DNA from: an uncultured archaeon
GTDB taxonomy: Archaea; Micrarchaeota; Micrarchaeia; Micrarchaeales; CABMGC01
NCBI GenBank assembly: GCA_963787445.1
Contig: CAWBCT010000005.1
Span: 480,001-544,000 of the forward strand
Length of the DNA stretch: 64,000 nucleotides
Direction of reading: 5' to 3'
The translations under genes and the position numbers were made by a program. Positions 29,741 through 40,271 of the stretch are shown in pieces. The notes under the pieces were generated by a model. The model had not been told where the DNA came from and searched no databases. It was given only the letters and a program-made list of their open reading frames with translations. Position 1 is the first letter of the stretch. Each line of letters opens with the position of its first letter.

Positions 29741-31339
29741 CTACTCAGGCGGCAAAAATCTGGTGGTGTAGCCGAGCAGATATCCAAACACGGGCCCAAG
29801 CACCGGCATGGTGCTGCTTGCGCCCTTCAGGAGCTCCAGGTCGCTCCTCTCCACGCCGTGCAGCAGTGCCGCCACTACCGGGTAGATGATTAGGTACAGC
29901 ACGATGCCCACTGCGATCGTCAGGGCGTAGGACACCACACCCAGGAACGGGGAAGCCAGGCTCAGCACCAGGGCGACAATTCCCGCCACAACCAGGTTCG
30001 CGAGCAGCAGCTGCAGGATCTTGCGGAACCGTATCTTTGCCTCCGCCGATCCGGTCTTCCACAGGTAGTTGACGTACAGCGCGGCCAGGATGAAGTTGCC
30101 CAGGTAAAACACGGCGGCTATCATGCCCACGACGCCGAAGTAGTAGGTGAGGGAGATCATGGCAATCAGCTCCAGAACCCCAGATATTATCGCGTACTTG
30201 AGCACCTTCCTGGTGTTGCCCTCCCCGATCAGGAGGTTAGGTCCGAAGTTTGCCACAACAATGATCAGCAGGCTCACAGCTATGAGCTGCAGGTACGGGG
30301 TGGCCCCAAGATAGGCGGCGCCGAAGAAGAGCAGGATAAGCGGCTGCGCGAAGATCACGACCAGCATTATCGCCGGGGTCGCAAAGACGAGGCTGAAGTA
30401 GACCGAGTAGTAGAACAGCCTCTCCACATTTATCCCTGACCGCCTGCGCCCGAAGGCCTCGGAGAACATCGGTATCAGGGCAAGCGCAATCGAGGCCCCG
30501 AACAGGTCCAAGGAGGCGCCGATCTTCTGGGCTATCCCGTAAAAGCCTATGATTGAGGGGATCTCGAAGAAACCCAGGTAGATGACCGAGAAGTACAGGA
30601 GCACGGTGCTTATCATGCCGGAAAGCGTGAGGTGCTTGGCAAAGTTTATCGTCTCCTTCATGCGCTTGAACATCCCATTGAACTTGAACTTCAGCGGGTA
30701 CTTCCTGTGCACCAGGTAGAGCTGGAGCAGGAAGCTCACGGCGAGGCCCGCGGAGAACCCGAGCAGCGCGCCGATCACTCCGTAGCCCAGCAGGATGAGG
30801 CCGATGCTGACCAGCGCCTGGACTACCGAGTGGACGACCGCCGCGCCGGCAGCCTTCTCGCTGTGGTTTATGCTTATAAGCGCATCGCTGAACGTGTTGA
30901 AGGAGAGGTTGAACACTATTGCTATGAGCCCTATGTCGAGCGCGTAGATGTAGAGGGTCGTGTTCAGGAAGTAGGTTGAGATCTGGTTTCCGAGCGCGAT
31001 ACAAAGAACAACCAGTCCGCCACCCAGAAGGACTGACAGCAGCAGCGCATCGCCCATGGCCACGCCGATCTCATCCGTCTTATTCTTCGCCTTGAGGCGG
31101 GGAATGTGCTCCTTGAGGAACGGCCCTATGTTCGGGTTTCCCAGGGTCGTTATGAATGCTACCACGCTCGTGATAAGCACGTATATGCCGTAATTGTGCG
31201 GAGCCAGCAGCCGCGCTACCACCACGAACATCGCCGCGCTGATTATCAGTGCCAGCACTCGTCCCGAGATAAGAAATGAGGCGGCCTTTGCGGTCCTGAG
31301 GCCCAGCTCCTCGGTCGCGCTCTGCTTGTCAAGAACCAT
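29741..31339 (-). CDS. oligosaccharide flippase (MOP/Wzx family)
   Basis: About 14 TM segments, ARLLAPHNYGIY, GFYGIA, LIPMFS. Confidence 0.85.
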   Translation of the reverse strand: MVLDKQSATEELGLRTAKAASFLISGRVLALIISAAMFVVVARLLAPHNYGIYVLITSVVAFITTLGNPNIGPFLKEHIPRLKAKNKTDEIGVAMGDALLLSVLLGGGLVVLCIALGNQISTYFLNTTLYIYALDIGLIAIVFNLSFNTFSDALISINHSEKAAGAAVVHSVVQALVSIGLILLGYGVIGALLGFSAGLAVSFLLQLYLVHRKYPLKFKFNGMFKRMKETINFAKHLTLSGMISTVLLYFSVIYLGFFEIPSIIGFYGIAQKIGASLDLFGASIALALIPMFSEAFGRRRSGINVERLFYYSVYFSLVFATPAIMLVVIFAQPLILLFFGAAYLGATPYLQLIAVSLLIIVVANFGPNLLIGEGNTRKVLKYAIISGVLELIAMISLTYYFGVVGMIAAVFYLGNFILAALYVNYLWKTGSAEAKIRFRKILQLLLANLVVAGIVALVLSLASPFLGVVSYALTIAVGIVLYLIIYPVVAALLHGVERSDLELLKGASSTMPVLGPVFGYLLGYTTRFLPPE

Positions 31340-32924
31340 GGGAGACACCCTCGTGCGGAAGGAAGCGCTGCGTATATGCGCAGAACCAGGCCATTATCCC
31401 TCCGAATATCCTTATCCTGGCCGAGTACTCGACAAGCATCCTGAGGTCCTTGCTCTCCACCAGCTTCAGGAGGCCGAGCATCGCGGGATACACCGCGGCC
31501 AGTATGATGATTCCCGCGATGAGCTCCAGCACCGATGAGCCCAGGAGCAAAGCCGCTGCCAATGGGATCGCGAGCACCAGGTTCACGACTGTTATCTTGG
31601 CCATCTTCCAGTACTCAAGGTGCGCCTTCAGTTCGTCCTTTGCGAGTTTTATGAGGAAGAGGTCAGTCGCGACATTTCCTATGAGGAAGATTGCGACTAT
31701 GCTACCAACCACCGTAAAGGTGGGCGTCAGGGCCACCAGCGCCACAAGCTCAATTATCGTCGCCGCAAAGTTGTAGAGAAGGAATTTTCTGGTCAGTCCG
31801 CGCGCCGCTATAAGGCTGCCCAGGAAGTAGCCTATCATGCTGATTGCGGTTCCGAATGCGATGAGCGTAAGATAGAGCGGTGCAGCGGCGTAGCTCGCGG
31901 AGAAGAAGAGCGTGATCTCCGGCCGCGCCAGCACCCCCACGTAGATTATGAGCGGCAGCGTGAGTGTCAGCGAGTATAGCATGATCTTGTTGTAGGTCTG
32001 CTGAAGGTGCTTCTTCTTCCCTGCCGCTTCCGCGGCCGCGAAGGTGGGCACAAGGACGTTGCTCATGGTTGAGTAAAGCACAGCCATCAGGCTTATCCCC
32101 TTCAATGCCACCCCATAGTTTCCCAATATCGTAGTGCTTACAAAAAAACCAAGAAACAAGATGGAAAAGTTCTGCGTTGCGACATTAAGCACGCTGTTGG
32201 CACCCAACGGGGCGGCAAAGTTGAACGCCTCGCAAAACTCCTGCCAGGACGGAAGCCTGGCCCTGAAGCCCGAGAACGCCCGCGCAGCCTTGAACATGTA
32301 TGCCACTGCGACGATGGTCCCTACCACATACCCGATAAGCATTGCCACTATCGCGCCGTTGAGCCCGTATCCTGCCAGCAGCAGCGTGACTATCAGGACC
32401 AGCTGCACAATGTCTATCAGTATCGTTGTCAATGCGGCTTCAAATGGCTTGGAGAAGCCGATGAGGCCTCCAACCGTGCTGTTCTGCACCATCAGGAAGA
32501 AGATGGTCAGGGAGGCGAGAACCAAGCTGGTAGTCGTAATTCCCACGCTTGTGAACAAGACCGTCGCTGCGTAGCCGCTCAAGACCACTGCGACCAGCGT
32601 AAGTATGACAGCCATCACGAGCAGAACGCCATAGCCTGATGCTATCGTCCGCGTTATGCCTTTTGCATCCTTGTTATAGGCGTACTTTGAGAGGTTCTTC
32701 CCGAACCAGGAGGCTATCCCGAAGTTGCCCGAAGCGCTCAGCAGCCCGGAGAAGCCGAATGCGAACACAAAAAGGCCGTAGGTGCCGGGCCCGAGCATGC
32801 GCGTGAGCACAACGAAGCTGCCAACGGTTATCAGGATGTTGAACAGCTGGCCCACGTAAAGCAGCGAGAGCGAGCGTGCGGTTGTGCTCCCAAGCCTTTG
32901 CCCACCAGCTCTTTTACGGTCCAT
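31329..32924 (-). CDS. oligosaccharide flippase (MOP/Wzx family), paralog
   Basis: TRMLGPGTYGLF, GNYGVA, LVPTFA; start uncertain (32924/32936). Confidence 0.85.
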   Translation of the reverse strand: MDRKRAGGQRLGSTTARSLSLLYVGQLFNILITVGSFVVLTRMLGPGTYGLFVFAFGFSGLLSASGNFGIASWFGKNLSKYAYNKDAKGITRTIASGYGVLLVMAVILTLVAVVLSGYAATVLFTSVGITTTSLVLASLTIFFLMVQNSTVGGLIGFSKPFEAALTTILIDIVQLVLIVTLLLAGYGLNGAIVAMLIGYVVGTIVAVAYMFKAARAFSGFRARLPSWQEFCEAFNFAAPLGANSVLNVATQNFSILFLGFFVSTTILGNYGVALKGISLMAVLYSTMSNVLVPTFAAAEAAGKKKHLQQTYNKIMLYSLTLTLPLIIYVGVLARPEITLFFSASYAAAPLYLTLIAFGTAISMIGYFLGSLIAARGLTRKFLLYNFAATIIELVALVALTPTFTVVGSIVAIFLIGNVATDLFLIKLAKDELKAHLEYWKMAKITVVNLVLAIPLAAALLLGSSVLELIAGIIILAAVYPAMLGLLKLVESKDLRMLVEYSARIRIFGGIMAWFCAYTQRFLPHEGVSHGS

Positions 32925-33019
32925 CGATCCACGCATTAACGCCGAACATCTCGCTATCTTTTTATTCTTTATCATGCACAACTATTTATAAAGTTGCACT
33001 GTCACTTTTGGCTGTTCAA

Positions 33020-35287
33020 ATGAAGCTTGACCTAAACTCCGCCCGCGCCTTTGTGCATAAGCACAGGGAGTACTTCATCGCCTCGGCGATCTACCTGGTC
33101 ATAGCACTGATAATGTTCTGGAACATCACCGCGAACATCGCCGGCAGCGTGGTCAACGGCGGCGGAGACGTGTACCAGAGCCTCTGGGGGCTGTGGTGGG
33201 TGCCCTTCTCCACGTTCGTCCTCCACCAGTCCGCCTACTTTACCAGTTATATACTGTATCCTGTGGGCGCAAACCTCGTCAGCCAGACCATGGTGCCCCT
33301 GGCCGGCATCCTCACGGCACCGCTGCAGGTCGCGGGACTGGCCTTCACCTACAACTTCCTTCTCTTCACCAGCTTCATGCTCTCCGGACTGTTCATGTAC
33401 ATGTTGGCAAAGTACCTTACCAAGAACATGTACGCCGCCTTCATAGCAGGACTGATCTTCGCCTTCAGCCCCATGCACATAGCCCAGTCCTACTCCCACC
33501 TGCAGTGGACGATAATAGAGTTCATCCCACTCTTCACCCTCTTCTTCCTGATGGCGCTCCGGGAGCACAGGAAGAGATACGCGATACTCGCAGGAATCAG
33601 CTTCGTGCTGCTGACCTTTGCAGGCGACATAGAACAGGGGATCATGATGGTCTTCTTTGTACTGGTCAGCCTCGTCCTACTCCTGATACTTGACCGGAAG
33701 GAGGTGCTCAACAGAAAGTCAATCAAAAACCTTGTAATAATGGCGGGCGTTGCCATCGTGCTGAGCCTCCCGTTCCTGCTCCCGATACTGAGCAGCTTCA
33801 CCTCCTCAACCCTGAACAACGCCAACCAGCTCACCGACACGGCCCACAACCTACTCTACAGCGCAAACATCTACTCCTTCCTCCTCCCAAGCTACTACAA
33901 CGGCCTCTTCCACGGGCTCTCCCTGGGCTACTACAACCAGACCTACGGCCTGGTCTACCTGGGCAGCCAGTACTCGCCCGACGCCACCGAGAAGATAGCG
34001 TATCTGGGCTACAGCGTCCTTATCCTTGGCATCATCGGTCTTTTTGCCTGCCTAAAGAAGAACAGGAAGCAGGCAATCTTCTGGTCTGCGATATTCGTGA
34101 TATTCGTCCTCATGGCACTCGGCCCGCTGATCCAGCTCTCGGGCACCGCCGTATCAGGAATACCCTCCCTGTACGCGCTTTACAAGAACATACCCCTCTT
34201 CAACCTTATCCGCGAGCCCGGGCGGTTTGATGTGATAGTGACCCTGGCCCTCGCGATCTTCGCGGCCCTGGGGGTAGAGAAGCTCTACGAGTCAAACCAC
34301 GCGAACAAGAACTGGATGCTCTACGTCGCGGCCATCGCCATAATAATCCTTATAGAGTACAACGGGATGCCGCTCTCCGCCAGCTTCGCAAACTCGCTGA
34401 CCGCCCCGGCAACCATCCCGCTCGCCTACTCGCAAATAGGCAAGGTCAATACAAACTTCACGATCCTGAACCTGCCGGCCCTGCCCAACGCGACCGGAAG
34501 CTATCTCTATCCGGGAGTGTCGATGTTCTACGGGACCGCGGCGCGGAAACCAGTTGTAGGAGGCTATGCGACGCGCATGAACGCAACGCAGGAGGCGAGC
34601 CTGGAGAACATACCCCTGATAGTCTCGTCAAGCTACCTGCAGGACGGGCAGGGCCTGGTCTTCCCGTACCCTATACACGAGAACTACACGGCCCTCACCA
34701 CCCTCTGGCTCACGGAGTACAACGTGGGCTTCGTCTCTGTCCTAAAGAGCGCCTACACCCCTACCGAGTTTGGCCTCCTTGAGAGCTACCTGGACAGCTT
34801 CCTGGGCAGCCCGATCTACCAGGACAACAACGTCACCATCTTCTCCACGACAGCCGCCTCCGCCGGCGCGGGCAAGACACTAACCTCCTATGCGGTCGGC
34901 ACCTGGCTGCCAGGATACACGTTCTGCTCAGGCTCGTCCTACTGCAACCCACAGCTGGGCACCGCCTGGTGGGGAGACAACCTGCGCGCCGTCACCATCT
35001 TCTCACCGCAGGCACAGAACGTGACCATGCAGCTGGTAGGGCTTTCCTACTACCCTCTTGCACCGGTCTCCGTGTACGACAACGGCAAGCTTCTGACCAC
35101 GCTGAACTTCACCAACGAGACCGCCACGAACGCGACCTACAGCCTCAACGTGGGCCTTGCCTACGGCTTCAACCAGGTCGAGTTCTACGAGTCAAACCAG
35201 ACCCTTTACCAGCAGAACCCCTACTATGCCGAGAACCCCTACATCAACTACGGCATAAGGAACATAACCTTCCTCAAAACCGGCTAA
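33020..35287 (+). CDS. multi-TM GT-C/YfhO-like membrane glycosyltransferase candidate with extracellular C-terminal domain
   Basis: GGD..Q..W, ILYPVG, FAFSP, YLG, REPGRF motifs; many NxS/T sequons; start reset to ATG 33020. Confidence 0.65.
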   Translation: MKLDLNSARAFVHKHREYFIASAIYLVIALIMFWNITANIAGSVVNGGGDVYQSLWGLWWVPFSTFVLHQSAYFTSYILYPVGANLVSQTMVPLAGILTAPLQVAGLAFTYNFLLFTSFMLSGLFMYMLAKYLTKNMYAAFIAGLIFAFSPMHIAQSYSHLQWTIIEFIPLFTLFFLMALREHRKRYAILAGISFVLLTFAGDIEQGIMMVFFVLVSLVLLLILDRKEVLNRKSIKNLVIMAGVAIVLSLPFLLPILSSFTSSTLNNANQLTDTAHNLLYSANIYSFLLPSYYNGLFHGLSLGYYNQTYGLVYLGSQYSPDATEKIAYLGYSVLILGIIGLFACLKKNRKQAIFWSAIFVIFVLMALGPLIQLSGTAVSGIPSLYALYKNIPLFNLIREPGRFDVIVTLALAIFAALGVEKLYESNHANKNWMLYVAAIAIIILIEYNGMPLSASFANSLTAPATIPLAYSQIGKVNTNFTILNLPALPNATGSYLYPGVSMFYGTAARKPVVGGYATRMNATQEASLENIPLIVSSSYLQDGQGLVFPYPIHENYTALTTLWLTEYNVGFVSVLKSAYTPTEFGLLESYLDSFLGSPIYQDNNVTIFSTTAASAGAGKTLTSYAVGTWLPGYTFCSGSSYCNPQLGTAWWGDNLRAVTIFSPQAQNVTMQLVGLSYYPLAPVSVYDNGKLLTTLNFTNETATNATYSLNVGLAYGFNQVEFYESNQTLYQQNPYYAENPYINYGIRNITFLKTG

Positions 35288-35429
35288 AGGTCAAGGAGCC
35301 AGGCCGATGGCCCAATACCCAATTTGATACCGCTTTTTGTACCTTACCTGGTTTTACTCTCGGAAAAAGATACCAGAAGCGTCCGAATTAACAGAGAACC
35401 TTTAAATAGTTTTCTAACCTGTGTTCTAA

Positions 35430-35687
35430 TTGGGGAAGACCATGGGGATAGAAGAACTAGTGGAAGGGAAGATGTATGACCTGCACCTTGACGCAAGGAA
35501 CCCGAAAGGGGAAGGGATCGGCCACATAAATGATGTGGTCGTACTGGTGCGGAACGCAAATGCGCGCATAGGCAAGACGCACAAGGTGCGCATTACCAAG
35601 TTGCACCGCACATTCGCCTACGCCGAGCTGGACGACTCGGCGCCGGGCAGCAAGTATTTTATAGGTAATGGTAGCTTATTAGTATAA
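35430..35687 (+). CDS. TRAM domain RNA-binding protein
   Basis: GEGIGHINDVVVLV..A.IG....VRITK...FAYAE. Confidence 0.8.
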   Translation: MGKTMGIEELVEGKMYDLHLDARNPKGEGIGHINDVVVLVRNANARIGKTHKVRITKLHRTFAYAELDDSAPGSKYFIGNGSLLV

Positions 35688-35829
35688 GGCAATTTGTTTT
35701 TTCGCTTTTTGCCATTTTTTGATTTAGCCGAGGGAGCCTGAAGGGATTCCAAAGGCTGGTTTACAAAAAGTTGCTCAAAAGATTTTATAAAAACACAATT
35801 TTCGCGTTTAAAAATGACCAGTTGATTTT

Positions 35830-36477
35830 ATGAGTTCTACAAACTACAGCAAAGAGATCTCAGATGCTATAAAGCACGGAACCACGACCATCGCCCTGGT
35901 CTGCAACGACGGCGTTGTGCTGGGCTCGGACTTCCGCGCATCAGGCGGCACCTATATTTTCAGCTCAGAAGCGGTAAAGATACACAAGATAGACGAGCAC
36001 CTGGGCATGACCATAGCAGGCGGCGTGGGAGACGCGGAGTACCTGGTCAAGGTGCTCAAGATGCAGAGCGAGATCTACAAGATGGACGAGAACAAGCCGA
36101 TGTCGCCAAGGTCTGCAACATCAGTTCTTGCCCTAATCATGCAGGAGAACAAGATGTTCCCCTATTACGTTGAACTGATAGTCGGAGGCCTGAACAAGGG
36201 CGTGCCGGAGATATTCAGCATAGACCCTGTGGGAGGCTATCTAAAGGAGTCAAAGTTCACGGCGACCGGCAGCGGGTCCATTGCGGCTATAGGTTACATA
36301 GAAGGCGCGTACCAGGAAGGGATGAGCACGGCAGAGGGTGCAAAGCACGTTGCAAAGGGACTGAAGATAGCGATGAAGCGCGACTCAGCAACCGGGGACG
36401 GCGTAAGATTAGTTGCGATAACGAAGAAGGGATACAAGGAGTACGCAAAGGATGACATAGAGAAGCTCCTGAAGTAA
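35830..36477 (+). CDS. psmB: proteasome subunit beta
   Basis: Propeptide cleavage site HG/TTT, GSGS, RDSATG. Confidence 0.96.
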   Translation: MSSTNYSKEISDAIKHGTTTIALVCNDGVVLGSDFRASGGTYIFSSEAVKIHKIDEHLGMTIAGGVGDAEYLVKVLKMQSEIYKMDENKPMSPRSATSVLALIMQENKMFPYYVELIVGGLNKGVPEIFSIDPVGGYLKESKFTATGSGSIAAIGYIEGAYQEGMSTAEGAKHVAKGLKIAMKRDSATGDGVRLVAITKKGYKEYAKDDIEKLLK

Positions 36478-36529
36478 CTCCAAAGCGACCATAATCGGAT
36501 AGCATAATTACATGCAGAATTAATTCTAA

Positions 36530-38479
36530 GTGATACAATTGGATAGCGAGATTCCGGAAAGAAAAGACACCAAGGAGAAGATAAAGGAGCTCATGCCGCA
36601 CGAGGCAGAGCTTTCTGAGATAGAGTTCGAAGGGCCCGACGTGGCGGTCTACGTGAGGAACATAGCCCATGTCTACGCGGACGAGAGCATAATAAAGAAC
36701 ATCTCGGCGGCGATAAAGAAGAGACTCATAGTGCGCAGCGACCCGCGCGACCTGACCGACGAGGAGACAGCGCTGAAGAAGATAATCGCGATAATACCCC
36801 CTGATGCCGGCGTGACAGAGGAGGGGATACACTTCGATAAGGAGTTCTCGCAGGTTGTAATAGAGGCGATGAAGCCCGGCCTCGTAATCGGCAAGGGCGG
36901 CTCGACGCTGATAAAGATAATATCGGAGACCAACTGGGTCCCGAAAGTGCTCCGCATCCCGACCATGTCCAGCGACGTGATAAAGGGAGTAAGACAGCTC
37001 ATGCTCCGTGAGAGCGAGTTCCGAAAGAAGTTTTTGGTGGGGGTGGGCAAGAAGATCAACCAGCCCATGGTGAAGAGCGAGTGGCTGAAGGCCACGGCGC
37101 TTGGAGGCTTCAGAGAAGTAGGAAGAAGCTGCCTATTGCTTGAAACCAACCATTCAAAGATACTGGTTGACTGCGGCATTAGCCCAGAGCCGGGGGTAAA
37201 AGGCATGGATCAGGCTGCCGGAGAAAACAAGGCCTTCCCGTACCTTGACAGCGCAAACCTTACAATTAACGACCTTGATGCGGTGGTTCTGACCCACGCA
37301 CACATGGACCACATCGGTTTCGTCCCATACCTGTTCAAGTTCGGATACAAGGGGCCGGTCTACTGCACACCGCCATCACGTGATCTCGCAGCACTGCTTC
37401 TTTACGATTACACAAAGCTGGTGATGCGAACAGGAGGTACGCCGCTTTACGGAGAGAAGGACATCAAGACAATGCTCATGCACATGGTTACCCGCGACTA
37501 CGGTGAGGTAACCAACATAACCGATGAGATCAAGCTTACTTACCACAATGCGGGCCACGTCCTGGGCAGCGGCATAGTACACCTGCACGTTGGAGAGGGA
37601 ATGTACAACATCGTTCACACAGGCGATATGAAGTACGGCTTCACAAGATTGTTTGACCAGGCCGACACAAGATATCCCCGCATTGACGCCCTATTCATGG
37701 AGAGCACCTATGGGGGACCCCGCGACATAGGCCACGAAAGACAGAGCACAGAAACCGAGCTGATGGAGCTTGTGAAGCGCACAACAGACAATGGAGGAAA
37801 GGTCCTCATACCCCTATTTGCGGTAGGCCGTGCCCAGGAGATGCAGCTGGTGATGGAGCAGTACATGTCCAACAACAAGAGCTACAAGGTGGAGGCACCG
37901 GTCTTCCTGGACGGAATGATACTCGAGGCGAGCGCCATACACACCGCCTATCCCGAGTACCTGAAGATGAGCCTCAGGCACCGCATACTTAACAACAACT
38001 CCCCGTTCGAGAGCGAGATCTTCGAGATAGCCAAGGGAGAGCGCAGCGAGATAATGGAGAAGGGACCGGCCGTAATACTCGCCAGCGGCGGCATGATGAA
38101 CGGCGGAGTCAGCCTGGAATACTTCAAGGCCCTTGCAGAGGACCCGAAGAACCTCCTTGTCTTCGTAGGTTTCAACAGCGCCGGCTCTTTCGGAAGGCGC
38201 CTGCAGAACGGCCTTGCCGAGACTGCACTTCCAGGACCGGATGGAAAACTTGAGCAGATCAAGATTAACATGCAGATAAAGACGATAGACGGCTTCTCGG
38301 GCCACAGCGACCGGGTCCAGTTGCTCAAGTTCGTGGAGAACCTGCGGCCTTCTGTGCGAAAGATATACACCATGCACGGGGAGGAGAGCAAGTGCGATGA
38401 CCTGGCGCGCACGCTGAGCAACCGATTCAGATTAGAGGCCCGTTCTCCAATGGACCTTGACAGCATACGGTTTAAGTAA
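36530..38479 (+). CDS. fttA: aCPSF1/FttA beta-CASP ribonuclease with KH domains
   Basis: EFEGP, PGLVIGKGG, THAHMDH, AGHVLGS, FSGHSD, HGE; conserved synteny with psmB. Confidence 0.95.
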   Translation: MIQLDSEIPERKDTKEKIKELMPHEAELSEIEFEGPDVAVYVRNIAHVYADESIIKNISAAIKKRLIVRSDPRDLTDEETALKKIIAIIPPDAGVTEEGIHFDKEFSQVVIEAMKPGLVIGKGGSTLIKIISETNWVPKVLRIPTMSSDVIKGVRQLMLRESEFRKKFLVGVGKKINQPMVKSEWLKATALGGFREVGRSCLLLETNHSKILVDCGISPEPGVKGMDQAAGENKAFPYLDSANLTINDLDAVVLTHAHMDHIGFVPYLFKFGYKGPVYCTPPSRDLAALLLYDYTKLVMRTGGTPLYGEKDIKTMLMHMVTRDYGEVTNITDEIKLTYHNAGHVLGSGIVHLHVGEGMYNIVHTGDMKYGFTRLFDQADTRYPRIDALFMESTYGGPRDIGHERQSTETELMELVKRTTDNGGKVLIPLFAVGRAQEMQLVMEQYMSNNKSYKVEAPVFLDGMILEASAIHTAYPEYLKMSLRHRILNNNSPFESEIFEIAKGERSEIMEKGPAVILASGGMMNGGVSLEYFKALAEDPKNLLVFVGFNSAGSFGRRLQNGLAETALPGPDGKLEQIKINMQIKTIDGFSGHSDRVQLLKFVENLRPSVRKIYTMHGEESKCDDLARTLSNRFRLEARSPMDLDSIRFK

Positions 38480-38482
38480 TGG

Positions 38483-38680
38483 CTAATCGCGGAAGTGCAG
38501 TTCTGTGTGGTTTCTTAGGCCGGCAAGCTCCTGTTCTGTAAGATGAGCCTCCCAGCGCGCCAGGCCTGCAAGGTCAGAACTGGATGGTTGTTTCCGCATG
38601 CTCCCAAGGAAGGGATCCAGGGATGGCCTAACGACTTCTTTCGGTTTTGATACTTTCTCTTTAGGAGCAACATTGCCCAT
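38483..38680 (-). CDS. small hypothetical protein (65 aa)
   Basis: GGTGA SD and TTTTAAAA upstream; fills the gap between fttA and pyk. Confidence 0.5.
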   Translation of the reverse strand: MGNVAPKEKVSKPKEVVRPSLDPFLGSMRKQPSSSDLAGLARWEAHLTEQELAGLRNHTELHFRD

Positions 38681-38750
38681 AATTTCACCGAGAATCCTTA
38701 TCTCCCTTCGGATTTTTAAAAGTTATGTACGGAAGGCGTTACCTCTGCAC

Positions 38751-40118
38751 TCACTTTCCCCAGAAGCAGCGGATCGTGTCGCTTGTGCCGTTGCGGCCGG
38801 CGTGCCCGAAGACGATCATGTAGGACTTGACCTCCAACTTCTTCGCCTTCTCGGCTACGAAAGTGTCTATCTGCTTCTCCTTCCTGAATGCGGGCATGTC
38901 CACGCCCTTTATCCCGTAATGCAACGCCATCGAGCGGCGGAGCTCCGGAACATTCGAGAGAACAATTATCGCAGACCTTGGCCTGAGGCCTGAAAGGGTC
39001 TTTGCCGTGTTGCCCGTCCAGGTGGGTATGAAGATGCAGTCCATGGCGCAGCTGAACGAGATGCTCGCGGCAGCCACCGCCATCCCGTCGTGGCCTATTA
39101 TCTCCTCCCTGGGCTCGAGCTCCGGGTTCGAGATCTTCCCCTGGGTGTAAGCGGCGATGCTCGAAAGGGCCTGCACCGCGTCCAGCGGATATGCTCCGAC
39201 AGAGGTCTCATCGCTGAGCATCAAACAGTCAACCCGTGTCCTAACCGCGTTTGAGATGTCCGTCATCTCGGCACGGGTGGGCGTTTGATTCCTTGTCATG
39301 CTATCCAGCATCTGCGTCGCCACTATGACTGGCGTGTGCGTCTTCCTGCAGACGTTTATTATGTCATCCTGCACAATGGGGACCTGCTGGAAGTCGATGC
39401 TTAGCGCCATATCCCCGCGCGCTATCATCACGCCGTCCGAGGCCCTGGCTATGTTCTCTATGTCATCTATGGCCTCTTTGCGCTCTATCTTTGAGATAAT
39501 CCCCAGTTTGCCCGACGCCTTCCTTGTCTTCCTGACGTCCTGGGCAGAGCTTACGAAAGAGAGCGCCACGAAATCCAGCCTGTTCTTCCTTGCAAACCTT
39601 ATGAACCTTAGGTCCTCTTTCGTAGGTGGTTCTGCATGAACGGTCGCGCCCTTTACGTTTATCCCCTTCCTGCTCCCAATCCTGCCGTCCTGCAAGGCCT
39701 CGCATACGATCTTGCCGTTTCTCAACCTCTTGACAATCAAGGTAGGGTTGCCGTCCCCTATGGAGATCTCAGCGCCGACCTTCATCCCCTTGTAAATGTC
39801 AATCTCTATGGGAATGTCGCTGCCCGCCGCCCTATTCTCTTTGGCGAAGATAACCGTGTCGCCCTTGTTTATGTTGATATCCGCATCCAGCTTCGCAACC
39901 CGGACCTTCGGCCCCGGCAGGTCGCCGATTATGGCGATGTCCTTATCCAGCCTCTTTGCGACCTTGCGGATCTTCTTTATCGCCGCCAGCTTTTCGGCAA
40001 GGACGCCGTGGGAGAAGTTGAGCCTGACTATGTCCACGTACTTCAGGACCTCCACCAGCTTCTTTTCATCGTCTATGCTCGGCCCGTAGGTTGCGATAAT
40101 CTTAGTTCTAAGCACCAA
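38751..40118 (-). CDS. pyk: pyruvate kinase
   Basis: TKIIAT.GP, RLNFSHG, DLPGPKVR, SKIE, MIARGDM, ATQMLDSM, PTRAE. Confidence 0.96.
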   Translation of the reverse strand: MVLRTKIIATYGPSIDDEKKLVEVLKYVDIVRLNFSHGVLAEKLAAIKKIRKVAKRLDKDIAIIGDLPGPKVRVAKLDADININKGDTVIFAKENRAAGSDIPIEIDIYKGMKVGAEISIGDGNPTLIVKRLRNGKIVCEALQDGRIGSRKGINVKGATVHAEPPTKEDLRFIRFARKNRLDFVALSFVSSAQDVRKTRKASGKLGIISKIERKEAIDDIENIARASDGVMIARGDMALSIDFQQVPIVQDDIINVCRKTHTPVIVATQMLDSMTRNQTPTRAEMTDISNAVRTRVDCLMLSDETSVGAYPLDAVQALSSIAAYTQGKISNPELEPREEIIGHDGMAVAAASISFSCAMDCIFIPTWTGNTAKTLSGLRPRSAIIVLSNVPELRRSMALHYGIKGVDMPAFRKEKQIDTFVAEKAKKLEVKSYMIVFGHAGRNGTSDTIRCFWGK

Positions 40119-40207
40119 ATCGTATAACTGCTTGTTTGGATGCTTATAGCCTTTTCTACAGACTCGTCATTAGACTTACATCTGAGTTCTGCAGTTGAAA
40201 GCTGTGA

Positions 40208-40250
40208 AAGGAAAAGTTAAAAAAGAAAATAAAAGAAAAAATAATCGAAA
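40208..40250 (-). terminator. oligo-T archaeal terminator after the TRAM gene
   Basis: Long T-rich tract on the minus strand just downstream of the stop. Confidence 0.5.
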
Positions 40251-40271
40251 ATCAGCGTTTACGCCCTAGCT

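Noticed and set aside
35726-35757. Hairpin AGCC...GGCT between the TRAM gene and psmB as a SECIS-like element
   Set aside because: Weak stem and no in-frame UGA selenoprotein candidate nearby
40158-40192. Minus-strand CTAATGAC hairpin upstream of pyk as a fluoride riboswitch
   Set aside because: Lacks the 5' GATGG motif and pseudoknot partner, and lies upstream of the apparent TATA box
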